From: Phycisphaerae bacterium
GTDB taxonomy: Bacteria > Planctomycetota > Phycisphaerae > UBA1845 > Fen-1342
Length of the DNA: 64,000 nucleotides
Reading direction: 5' to 3'
NCBI GenBank assembly: GCA_050115495.1
Contig: JASFQK010000008.1
Location: forward strand, 64,001-128,000
In this document: piece by piece, positions 47,395 through 57,500 of the stretch
Layout of the letters: each line of letters starts with the position of its first letter
Numbering within the stretch: the stretch's first letter is position 1
The notes under the pieces: generated by a model
Told to the model about the DNA's origin: nothing
Database searches by the model: none
The model's input: the letters and a program-made list of their open reading frames with translations, nothing else
Program-made: the position numbers and the translations under genes

Positions 47395-48543
47395 ATGCGC
47401 TGGTTTCGCCAATCCTGCCCGCGGAACTCCTGGGTGGTTGCCGTCCTCGGCACGCTTCTGGTGGTCGAAGCCGCCCGCGGCCAGCACGTCAGCGACTGGG
47501 ATGCCATCTGGCGTCACCCGCTGCCCGAGAGCCGGGCGGTGAAGGTTACTACGGTGCCGGAATTGGGATCGGGCATAGAAAATCGCGAGTGGCAGATGAT
47601 CGCCACGCGCTACCACGAGGTTCACTATCAGCCGACGACCAATCCCGACAAGGTGGCGGAGGTGTGTGCCCTGATCGACAACCTCTACGATTTCCTCGCC
47701 GGCCGCAGCCCCGCCAAGCCCGAGACGCCGATTCGCACGTTCATCATCCCGGACGAGTGGGCGAGTTCCCGCTGCTCCCGCGCGGCCAACGCGATGCGCA
47801 CCGGCGATCAGGCCGACGTTCCGTTCATCCTGGCCAGCCTGTTGCACGAGGAAACGCATCTGTTCAACTTCGCGTTCCTGAAGGACAAGCCGCAGGGCTG
47901 GTGGGCCGGCGAGTACTTCTGCCTCTACTTCCAGCAGCGGGCGCTGTGGCTTGCCCAGGGCAAGGACTTCCGGAAGGAGGCCCTCACTCGCCTGCCGGAC
48001 GGGCCGGGTTGCGGTCTGGCAGAGATCCAGGCCCGCGGCAAGCGGGCATTCGATGAAGCCGTCGCCGCCTTGTACTTCTTCGAGGAGCAGTTCGGTCGGG
48101 AGAAAATCGACGCTTTCCGCCGGGCGTGTCTGCGGGAGTCCCTCAAGACAGGCGGCGGCCCGCTACCGGACGCCGTGTTCGCGGAGGTCTTCGGCCACCC
48201 GGTCGCCCAGCTCGATGAGCGGTGGCGGGTGTTCTACGGTGGGGCGGACACCGCAACGCCGGCCGAACCCGAAGCATCTCGCGATCCGCGGCTGAGCAAG
48301 CCGGTTTCCTACACCACGGACAAGGCGTCCGTGCAAAACGTTGTGCAGGAACTCGCCCGACAGGTGGGGCTGGGCTACGACTTCGGCACGTCCCGCCGGC
48401 AGACGGCGCCGTTGTGCACGCGCTGGCTGAAGAACCTGCGCATCGAGAACCAGCCGCTGCACGAAGCACTACACCAGATCCTCGACCCGCTCGGACTCAC
48501 CTATCGGCTGGACGGCGACGCGATCGTGCTGCGCAAGAAGTGA
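47395..48543 (+). CDS. Secreted putative gluzincin metallopeptidase with a C-terminal STN-like domain
   Basis: AGGAG RBS; signal peptide; LLHEETH + downstream WWAGE; C-terminal LHEALHQILDPLGLTYRL. Confidence 0.6.
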   Translation: MRWFRQSCPRNSWVVAVLGTLLVVEAARGQHVSDWDAIWRHPLPESRAVKVTTVPELGSGIENREWQMIATRYHEVHYQPTTNPDKVAEVCALIDNLYDFLAGRSPAKPETPIRTFIIPDEWASSRCSRAANAMRTGDQADVPFILASLLHEETHLFNFAFLKDKPQGWWAGEYFCLYFQQRALWLAQGKDFRKEALTRLPDGPGCGLAEIQARGKRAFDEAVAALYFFEEQFGREKIDAFRRACLRESLKTGGGPLPDAVFAEVFGHPVAQLDERWRVFYGGADTATPAEPEASRDPRLSKPVSYTTDKASVQNVVQELARQVGLGYDFGTSRRQTAPLCTRWLKNLRIENQPLHEALHQILDPLGLTYRLDGDAIVLRKK

Positions 48544-48677
48544 CGCCGACCAACGCCGGCACCGGCTGAAGTATACTGCTTGCGGGCGGGCCTCCGCAGG
48601 CTATCATCTCCGGCTGCCGTTCATGCACCGCGAGCGGCGCGGGCCGGACGTTCGATCGCCTGTTGAAGAGGGGCAGT

Positions 48678-49733
48678 ATGGCGCACTCCGGGCGGGCCGA
48701 TGGTGATGACATTCCGTCGCTGTTCGGGCGTGACATCCTGCGCCTGGGTCGCCGCCGGCGGGAGCAGTGCCTGCAAGAGGCGTGCGCGTACTGGCGCCGG
48801 GCGGGCTTTCCCTACCCACGGCTGACCCGTAGCGAGATCGAGCCGCACTTCCGGGCGCTGGCCGACACGCCGCTGTGCACGCTGCGCGACGGCGATACGC
48901 TCGGTCCGTCGACCGTGGGTCTGCGGCTGGCGAACTCGTACCACCCGCAGATGTGGCACGCCCGCAGTCACCGGCATCGGCGCAGCCCCTATACCTACTT
49001 CCACGAGGACGACCACCTCCGGGCCATGCTCGAGCGGGCCCCGCGCTTTTGGCCGAACGCCCGCTGCTGGTCCGCCCAGGCCGTCCGCAACCTCATCCGT
49101 GTCTACTCCGGCGGACGCGTCGCCAACTTCCGGCCGGTCGTCGCCCGGAACATCCTGGCCGCATACTCCGCCGACGGCGATACCGTCCTGGATTTCTCGG
49201 CCGGCTACGGCGGCCGGCTGCTGGCCTGTTGCACGCTCCGGCGGCACTGCGTAGCGATCGACCCGGCCAGGCGCCAGGTGTTCGGCCTGCGGGCGATGTG
49301 GCGGGACCTGCGAGCCCACTCGCCCGGGCAGGTGGAGATCGTCCAGGGCTGCGCGGAGGATGTCCTCACCGGCGTCGGCCGCGGTTCGGTCGATCTCGTG
49401 TTTTCCAGCCCGCCGTACTACAACCTCGAAATCTACTCCGACGAGGCCACGCAGAGCTCCAGCCGGTACCGCACGTATGACGAGTGGCGGGCGCGCTTCC
49501 TCGACGTCGTCGTTACACAGTCCCGCCGCGTTCTCCGCCGTGGAGGGTACTTCATCATCAACGTGTCCACGCGTGGGCGGCACGCTCTGGCCGACGACAC
49601 GCTGGCGATCGCCTCGCGGCTGTTCCGGCACGAGGCGACGCTGCACATTGCCATGCCGTGTCGCCCGTTGCAGCGGTCGCAGAACGGGGGTGCCTGCCGA
49701 GCCGAGCCGATCTATGTCTTCCGCAAGCGCTGA
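48678..49733 (+). CDS. SAM-dependent amino-methyltransferase (DNA N4C/N6A-like)
   Basis: NFRPVVA, VLDFSAGYGGRL (motif I), DLVFSSPPYYNLEIYS (motif IV), LRRGGYFIINV. Confidence 0.85.
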   Translation: MAHSGRADGDDIPSLFGRDILRLGRRRREQCLQEACAYWRRAGFPYPRLTRSEIEPHFRALADTPLCTLRDGDTLGPSTVGLRLANSYHPQMWHARSHRHRRSPYTYFHEDDHLRAMLERAPRFWPNARCWSAQAVRNLIRVYSGGRVANFRPVVARNILAAYSADGDTVLDFSAGYGGRLLACCTLRRHCVAIDPARRQVFGLRAMWRDLRAHSPGQVEIVQGCAEDVLTGVGRGSVDLVFSSPPYYNLEIYSDEATQSSSRYRTYDEWRARFLDVVVTQSRRVLRRGGYFIINVSTRGRHALADDTLAIASRLFRHEATLHIAMPCRPLQRSQNGGACRAEPIYVFRKR

Positions 49734-49740
49734 GTCGCCG

Positions 49741-50541
49741 TTGACCGTATCGCCCAGCCCGATCGAGGTGTACCGCGTGCATCGCCGGCGGGTGTACGTA
49801 AAGCGCGAGGACCTGTGCGCCGTGCCGCCGGCGCCGCCACTGGGGAAGCTGCGGGGGTTGGAAGTGCTTGTCCGCCGACTGGTGGCCGGCGGCGCGACAT
49901 TAATCGGCTGCTGGGATACGCGTGTCTCGAAACTCGGTCACGGTCTGGCGGCGTTCGTCCGCCGGCTGCGCGGAGTCCGGGCCGTCGTGTGCTACCCGCA
50001 CTTGCAGGGCGGCACCACACCCGAACCCGTTGTGCAGGCGGCGGCACTCGGTGCCGAGATCGTCCCTATGCGCGGCAATCACGTGTCCATCTGCTTCGCC
50101 CAGGCCCGGCAGATCGTCGAGGCGAAGGCGGGCGTGATGCTGCCGTTTGGCCTCGACTGCCCCGAGTCGGTGACGGCCATCGCCGCCGAAGCACGCCAGA
50201 CGCCGCCAGAGATGCTCAGGAACGGCACGGTTGTGCTAAGCTGCGGCTCCGGCGTGACCTTGTCAGGCCTGCTCACCGGCTTCGACCCTATGCCTCGGCG
50301 GATCGTCGGTGTCTCCGCCGGCCGGTCGGTGCGAAAGCTGGAGCAATGCGTGCGCAAGTACGTCGGCAGGATGCCGCGCCACGTGACGCTCCTGTCGGCG
50401 ACTATGCCGTATGACCACGTGTCGGCGCAGGCCTGCCCCTTCCCCGCGCACCCGAACTATGACCTGAAGGCCTGGGCCTATCTGGCGGACAACCTCGCGA
50501 CACTGTCGTCGCCGGTGCTTTTCTGGAACATCGGCGCGTAG
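49741..50541 (+). CDS. Fold-type II PLP-dependent enzyme (ACC deaminase/D-cysteine desulfhydrase-like)
   Basis: VYVKREDL...LGKLRG (PLP Lys), LGAEIV, SCGSGVTLSGL, HPNYDLKAW, LFWNIG; TTG 7 nt after the MTase stop. Confidence 0.8.
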   Translation: MTVSPSPIEVYRVHRRRVYVKREDLCAVPPAPPLGKLRGLEVLVRRLVAGGATLIGCWDTRVSKLGHGLAAFVRRLRGVRAVVCYPHLQGGTTPEPVVQAAALGAEIVPMRGNHVSICFAQARQIVEAKAGVMLPFGLDCPESVTAIAAEARQTPPEMLRNGTVVLSCGSGVTLSGLLTGFDPMPRRIVGVSAGRSVRKLEQCVRKYVGRMPRHVTLLSATMPYDHVSAQACPFPAHPNYDLKAWAYLADNLATLSSPVLFWNIGA

Positions 50542-50552
50542 CGGCGGTCGGG

Positions 50553-51584
50553 TCAGGGGTAGGTCGTGTCATTGATTCTGGCTTGTTCTCGATTAACACG
50601 GGCGTCGGACACATCGCTGTACCGTTCGGGCACTTCCATGGCTTTCGCAAAGTACTCACTGGCCTCCTTCGACCTGCCCCACACGCGGTGCAGTCTGCCG
50701 AGTTCGTACAGGGCGAAGCCATAGCCCGGGCGCAGCGTGTCGACCACTTCCTGCAAGTGCTGCCGGGCCTGCTCGAAATGTCCATCCACCGCGGTCGTTG
50801 GTTCTCCAGCATCCCGGGCCAGGACGCCCAGTCTTAGGTGCACTGAGCCGAGGTCGCACGTATTCGCCCAGTCGCCGGGCAGCAACCGGTCGGCTCGCTG
50901 CAGCGCCTCGGCCGACAAGCGGAGGCGACGTTGTCTCTTGTCCAGTGGCGTGCGGGCGATGTAATCGGTGGAATACATGAAGGCCATACCGAGGGCGTTT
51001 GCGCACGTGGCGGCCACGGAATTGCTGCCCCCGGGGGCGCGGCGAATCTCCCTGACGCAGCGACGGCACTGCCGGAAGTGCTCTCTGATATCTCTGACCA
51101 AGCCCGAACTGGGCGGCTGGCCCGGTTCGGGAAGCTGCTGCGGAGACGGAATCATCCACATGGCGTGTGTCTGTGCCAGGTAGGCGCGGGCGATGTCCCG
51201 CAACGAAGCGTCCGCGGCCGTCCGGATGACTTCCTCGAAGTAGCCCTGGGCCAGGACGAGGTACTTATGGCTGTAGCGGTGGTAGTTCGCCACGCCCAGG
51301 TTGAAGCGCGCCTTGAGCGTCACTTGCGGATCCGGGCACTCATGCAGGATTCGCGCGAAGTACGCGACGGCGTCAGCGGACCTGCCCGTCATGTCGAGGA
51401 CGACGCCCTTGTACAGGACAGCGAGGCCGTAGTGCGGGTCCTGCCGTAGCGCCCGGTCGATGTACTGGGCTGCCCGTTCGGCGTCCTGGATGCGGCGCTC
51501 TCGCTGGTATTGCTCGATGGCCTCCAATCCCTCGGTCAGCGAGGTGAAGGCTGTGTAATTCATCGTTTCGAGCGACAGGGGCAT
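50553..51584 (-). CDS. Tetratricopeptide repeat protein
   Basis: RALRQDPHYGLA, ARFNLGVANY, ANALGMAF, ALYELGRLH; starts 1 nt after the upstream stop. Confidence 0.8.
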   Translation of the reverse strand: MPLSLETMNYTAFTSLTEGLEAIEQYQRERRIQDAERAAQYIDRALRQDPHYGLAVLYKGVVLDMTGRSADAVAYFARILHECPDPQVTLKARFNLGVANYHRYSHKYLVLAQGYFEEVIRTAADASLRDIARAYLAQTHAMWMIPSPQQLPEPGQPPSSGLVRDIREHFRQCRRCVREIRRAPGGSNSVAATCANALGMAFMYSTDYIARTPLDKRQRRLRLSAEALQRADRLLPGDWANTCDLGSVHLRLGVLARDAGEPTTAVDGHFEQARQHLQEVVDTLRPGYGFALYELGRLHRVWGRSKEASEYFAKAMEVPERYSDVSDARVNREQARINDTTYP

Positions 51585-51585
51585 A

Positions 51586-52593
51586 TCAACCGTCCTGGGC
51601 GAGTGTCTCATGTTGTCGGATGGAGGCCGCGGTCTTGAAGGCCAGCTCCGCGAGCAGATTGGGCAGGCCCTGCTCGGCGGTGGCGGAGTACCAGGCCGCG
51701 ATAGGAGCCCGCCGGTCGGATAGGCGAACGGTCGCGCCGCCAGTCTTGTCGGCGCGGAACAGATCCACGTGCACGGTATATTGCGGGGGATCAAGCCAGC
51801 CGGTCAGGTGTCTGGCGAGGGACCACAGCAGACCGGCGTCGAGCTTGGCAGACATGCTCGGCAGCGGCAGCAAGGTCTCAAAACGCACGACGGCGGTGGG
51901 CGTGACCGTTCGCTTCAGGGCCTCGCCGATGCGCTGCTCGAGTGCCTGCTGCCGAGAGAGGGCACACTGCATGTGCTCGAGGAGACTACGGAAGAACGCG
52001 GTTTCCTCCATCTTCCGCGGGGATGTGATCCGGACGCGGATCTCCCGCGGGCCCTCGTCCCGGGCGGACGAGTACCAGCGGATGAACCGCGTCATCAGGA
52101 TGCGCAGGACCACGACGAGCAGGACAAGCGCGAGCGGGAAAGCCCATGGCTCAACCGCCGACCACAACGAGGCGAACCAGCGGCCGTGATACCACGAGGC
52201 GTGCAGCAGCCGGAGTTCCTCTGCGGCGGTCTTACGGCTGGCTTCGTCGGGCGCGAGACGGACGGCGTCCTTGTAGTAATCGATGGCCTTGGCCGTCTCA
52301 CCGATGCGTTCGGCGGCTCGGGCTGACAGCAGCAACGCCTCATACCGCGATTGTGGACTACCGTCCTTGTCGGCCGCGGCCTGTGTGGCAGCCGCCGGCG
52401 AGGGAGACGTCGCCGGTGCAGGTGACACGGTCGTCGAGCTTGCGCCCGTCGGTGCGGGGAGCGCAGCGGGGGACGCCGGTGTGGTCGTGGGCGCCGACAT
52501 TGGCGGCTGCGACGCGCCGGTGACGGCACGTGCCGCCGGGCCGACACAAGATGCGGCAACCACCAGCAGACAGAGGCAGACCCGCGCTGTCAT
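51586..52593 (-). CDS. Membrane protein with signal peptide, single TPR and TM helix
   Basis: Signal peptide, Pro/Ala/Thr linker, AIDYYKDAVRLAPD, TM WAFPLALVLLVVVL. Confidence 0.7.
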   Translation of the reverse strand: MTARVCLCLLVVAASCVGPAARAVTGASQPPMSAPTTTPASPAALPAPTGASSTTVSPAPATSPSPAAATQAAADKDGSPQSRYEALLLSARAAERIGETAKAIDYYKDAVRLAPDEASRKTAAEELRLLHASWYHGRWFASLWSAVEPWAFPLALVLLVVVLRILMTRFIRWYSSARDEGPREIRVRITSPRKMEETAFFRSLLEHMQCALSRQQALEQRIGEALKRTVTPTAVVRFETLLPLPSMSAKLDAGLLWSLARHLTGWLDPPQYTVHVDLFRADKTGGATVRLSDRRAPIAAWYSATAEQGLPNLLAELAFKTAASIRQHETLAQDG

Positions 52594-52626
52594 GATAGGC
52601 GTATCCCTGTCGGCGAGGTCACTGGC

Positions 52627-52821
52627 TCAGGGCCCCACGACGTGGTAACCCTGTTCGTCGACCAACACCACGCGCACATTCGCTCCGACCAGTGACTCGC
52701 CCACATATCTTCGGGCCTCGTCGAGCGTATCGAAGCCGCGTTTCCGCTCGATCCAGGTCGCGGAGCGCTCATCGTAGACCTGGACCTTGTAGTATGGATA
52801 CGGCCTTCGCTTGCTCGACAT
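52627..52821 (-). CDS. Small hypothetical protein (64 aa)
   Basis: MSSKRRPYPYYKVQVYDERSATWIERKRGFDTLDEARRY; protein-like composition. Confidence 0.55.
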   Translation of the reverse strand: MSSKRRPYPYYKVQVYDERSATWIERKRGFDTLDEARRYVGESLVGANVRVVLVDEQGYHVVGP

Positions 52822-53532
52822 CTGGACTATCCCGGAGCGCGGCGGCGCATGCCCCAACCGCCGCACTCGAGTGCGGCTCACATGATAGCCCGCCCCGCCC
52901 AGTTCGTCCTCGCCGTCTGTCCCGCGCCAGGCTGACCGCCCGCACGCGACACGCACTACCGCGCTATTTTCTATATACTAACATATGCCGAACCAATTGT
53001 CAAGCCGGCTGTGCGGAATAGACGCCGGGAAGAACGCCACGCGGTCTCCGTCGAAGGTCGGACGACGACACGCCGGGTCGATGGAAAGCACAGCCTGGTG
53101 TGTGTACGAGCCCGGGGTCTACGGCGGCATCGTCTCAGCCGCATTCGCGCGGGGACGGCGGTCGAGTACCATTCCGTCGACCAGAAACTTCCGGGCGGCG
53201 CTCATCGGGTCGGCGGCGCGGCGAGCGGAAGACGGCCCTGGCGGTGATCACCGGCACGATGCGGCCCGGTGTGACACGTCGCCCTTGCACCTCGAACGGA
53301 ACTCGACCCCGTCTCCATGCCCGGAGCGTCGGGGTCCAGCCTTGAAGTATCGATGACCGCGTGGAGATGAGCCGGCTCGTCGCGGTCCGTATGTCACTGG
53401 CACGTGCCAGAGCTGCCTGGCGCAAGGCGTCGCGCCAGCCTTGCGCAGGCAGAAGAGCGAGAGATGGAGCACGGGCGCGCAGACGCGACGCGCACCACCG
53501 CAATGCGCACGTCGCCGGAAGGAGAACCTGAG

Positions 53533-54270
53533 ATGCCACTCTTGAGTCGACTGGCGGCGGAGTGCGTGGGGACATTCTGGCTGGTGTTCGGCGGTTGTGG
53601 CAGTGCGGTCCTGGCGGCGAAGTTCCTGGCCACCGAGGGGACGACGCCGATCAACCTGGGGATCGGGCTGGTGGGCGTCGCGCTGGCCTTCGGTCTGACC
53701 GTGCTGACCATGGCCTTCGCTATCGGACACATCTCGGGTTGCCACCTGAATCCGGCGGTGTCGCTGGGGTTGCTGGTCGGCGGCCGCTTCTCCGCGAAGG
53801 ACCTGCCGGGGTATGTCGTTGCGCAGGTGATCGGTGCGGCGGCCGCGGCCGGCGTGTTGTACGTGATCGCCTCGGGGCAGGGCGGCTTTGCCATCGATGC
53901 GAATGCGGCGGGGGCGTTCGCGACCAACGGCTACGCGGCACGTTCACCGGGCGGCTATTCGCTCGTCGCCTGCCTGATCGCCGAGTTCGTCCTGACCTTC
54001 TTCTTCCTGCTGATTATTCTTGGGGCGACGGACCCGCGGGCTCCGGCCGGCTTCGCCCCGATCGCCATCGGCCTGGGTCTGACGCTGATTCACCTGATCG
54101 GCATCCCGGTGACGAACGTGTCGGTGAACCCGGCGCGCAGCACGGGCCCGGCACTGGTCGTGGGCGCGGCGGCCCTCCAGCAACTCTGGCTCTTCTGGGC
54201 AGCCCCCCTCGCCGGCGCAGCGGTCGCGGGCGTTCTGTACCGCTGCCTGGCGCCGGTGAAGAAGGCGTAG
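53533..54270 (+). CDS. aqpZ: Aquaporin Z
   Basis: [52 protein letters not shown]. Confidence 0.96.
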   Translation: MPLLSRLAAECVGTFWLVFGGCGSAVLAAKFLATEGTTPINLGIGLVGVALAFGLTVLTMAFAIGHISGCHLNPAVSLGLLVGGRFSAKDLPGYVVAQVIGAAAAAGVLYVIASGQGGFAIDANAAGAFATNGYAARSPGGYSLVACLIAEFVLTFFFLLIILGATDPRAPAGFAPIAIGLGLTLIHLIGIPVTNVSVNPARSTGPALVVGAAALQQLWLFWAAPLAGAAVAGVLYRCLAPVKKA

Positions 54271-54517
54271 ACGCAGAGGCGCCGCTCTGACACAGCCTTC
54301 GCCTCCTGATATTGTTGTATTGGCGGGTCCCGAACTGGCGCGCCTTCGGCGGTGTTCGGGAGGGGTGTCATTCCCGGCGACGTGTCTCGCCAGAATACGT
54401 TTTTTCGGACTTGCCAGCGGGCGATCGCAGAGCTACACTTCAGTCGCACACTGAGGGACCCGGGGCACGCGTGTTGAAGAACATGCCTTCGGCTCGCCTG
54501 AGCGTGAACGAGCGAGT

Positions 54518-57500
54518 GTGGTTTCCGCTTCGTTCTTGGGGAATGGGCGGATCCGACCGGTTGAGCAACGCGGTCGGTGCGGGTGCACCGCCGCAGTAGC
54601 AGTAATGGTGGGGCTCAGTATGGCCGGGCTGTGCCTGGCCTGCACGCTGCTGGCTATGCGGCTGGCGACGCCGGTGCCGGGGGATCTGAACGACGATGGA
54701 CAGATCACGGCGGCGGACATCGAAGCCTTTGTGTTGGCCGTTAACGATCCGGCCACCTGGTGCACCACGTACGAACGGGATTACGTGTATCTCCTGGAAC
54801 TGGCAGACTTTGACGACGATGACGCCGTCACGATCGACGACATCCCCGGCTTCGCTCAGGTGCTCTTGCCGCACCTGTTCGGCGGTGGTGGCTTGGGGGC
54901 CGAGACGCTTGGGGCGGCAGTCAGCGAGACCGTCGACCTCGACATCGACTCGGACAATACGGATGGGACCAACCCGCGTGCGCCCACTGCGTACGAGGAC
55001 CTGATCGAAGACGACCCGTACGAGACGGGCAAGCAGATCGTGGTCGACACCGACCCGTCCAGCATCCCGCGGACGCCGGCGGTACTGGAGTTGCACGCGA
55101 CTGGCGTGGCGACCGTCCCAGACGTGAAGTTCCGCCTGATCTACCCTGCCAACGTCTCCGTGGCCATCGCCGCATGGCTCTATGACAGCGAGGAGTCGGC
55201 AGATTCGGGCGCCGAGCAGAGCTATCCGTATTCGCATTGGATCCTGGGCGACATGAATGACGACGGGTCGGTGAACAACTTCGACCTGAGCCCGTTCATC
55301 TTGGCCCTGACAGACCGGCCAGCTTACTATCAGGCGTTCCCCGGGCTGGACCCCGATCTGAACGGCGACATCAGCGGTGACTGGGTGTTGGCCAACTCTG
55401 ACATCAGCCCGTTTGTCCAACTGCTGGAGGATCCGGTGATTATGCCCATCCCGGCCCGGCTGCTGGTTAGGGGTATGGACGTCAGCGCTGCCCAGGGCGA
55501 GACGCGCATCTTCGCCGAGGCAGACACGGATGCCGACGGCACGTACTCCGCTGCGGACGCCGACGCGGTCCGCGCCACCGTTTACGATGATGACCAGGGA
55601 GTGCCCCCCGGCGAACTCGGTGCTGGGCGGCCTTGGGGTGCCACGCTACCGGTGGCCACCTTCTCGGCGGTCAATCTGCGTAGCGGGAACCTGCATACTG
55701 AGATCCCGATTGACGCCTGGCCAGGGTACGGGCCCGACGTGGATTTTCGCCTGTACCACTCGTCGGGAGCCGCCGGGGCCGAATGCCCCACCTCCACAGG
55801 GTTTACGCTTGGCTCCGGTTGGTCCATGAGCTACGGTGGGTGCCTGCGCTTCTACCCGAGCGAGGTTAGCCCCGAGCAGATCACCGTCATCGAGGACGAC
55901 GGCAACACGACCACGTTCACCTGGAATTCGCAATCCTCTATCTGGGAGCCCCCGGCGGGTGTTCACGACACGCTCACCGTGGCGGAACAGAACATGATGG
56001 TGCCGGTGAAGGAGATCAGTGACGCCACGCCGCCGGCTCCGGCGTGGGTGCTGACGCGGAAGAACCAATGGCGGCGCATCTTCGATGCACGCGGCTGGCT
56101 GCTGTATCACACGGACAGCAACCGCGAGCCCGACGACGACCAGCCGACCTATGGGGGCCTCGCCATTCGCGTCAATCGTTATCCCGACAACGATCCGAAC
56201 TACGCCGGGATGATCAGCTACATTCGCGACATGACCGTGTGTCGCCGGCTCGATTTCCATTACGACGAGTACGGTCAGCTGGAGGTGATCACGGAAGAGG
56301 ATGTCGTCAATCGGGAGTGGCATTTCTACTACGACGGGTACGGGCGGTTGACTACGGTCTCGCTGTGGGACAACCCCTATGCCGATCCCGAATGCGACGA
56401 CGGCACGTGCGAGATCGTCTGGGACGTCTATATCACGTACGATACCGACAGCCAGATCGCCACGATCTCCGACAAGCTGGATCACGGGGCGGCCAACAAC
56501 AACCCATACGAGTACGAATACGATGACCTGGGCCGCCTGAACGTGGTCACGTCCCCCGCGCTGGATCAGCAGGACCCCGCACCGGACCCGAGCCCGCAGG
56601 TGCTGACGTACGACTACGCGCAGAGCCCCTTGCGTTTCGAAACCGCTTACGAGGACCGGCGCGGCAAGGAATGGACCTGCCTGTTTGAGATGTGGGGTGG
56701 TATCGCCAGTGTCGAAGATCCCGTGGGAAACACGTGGGAAATCGAGTACGACAGCGACCGGAACCCCGAGTATTTCACCGACGAGCGTGATAGCACCTGG
56801 ACAGCCACATACGACGGTGTCGGCAACCTGCTTACGCTGACGGATCCGCTGGGGTACCGACGACAGTGGGAGTACGACATTTACAGCAACGTCACCACCA
56901 TCACACCGCCGCTCAACAACACCGGCGGACTCGACACCTCGAAGACCGTTGAATTCGAGTACCTGGACTACTACGACGTTGGGAGCCAGTTGATCGCCGA
57001 CTTCACCCACCTGACCAAGATCACCGAGCCAGACCCGGACGGCGATGGGCAGGTTGGGTATGGTCCCGCCGAGACGTTGCTCGCTTACCATCACGCCGAC
57101 GTGGGGGCCAGCGGCACGGGCGAGCTGAAGCGCGTCACCGACGCCAACAGTGTTCAGAATCGGTTCACGTATCACTCGCACCACGGCACGCTGTACGACT
57201 GGACCGAAGGACCCGACAGCGCTGTGGACGAGGACTACTACCCGGTCTATACCCGCACAGAAACGGATAACGGGGGTCGAGTCGAGCACTCGACCCAGTG
57301 GAATTCCAGCGGCACAGCCGAGTACAACGCCAGTAACAACCCAACGACGGCACAGTGCACTGGACGGGAAGGCGAGCCTACGCTCTCAGCCCCGGATCCG
57401 GATCCGCCGGATGATTATGCGCCAGTCGAGGATTGCGCCTGGTACATCCTCATGTCTCGGTGTGGCGGTGAAGGGACCTGCCAGCAGGCCGAGTACGACA

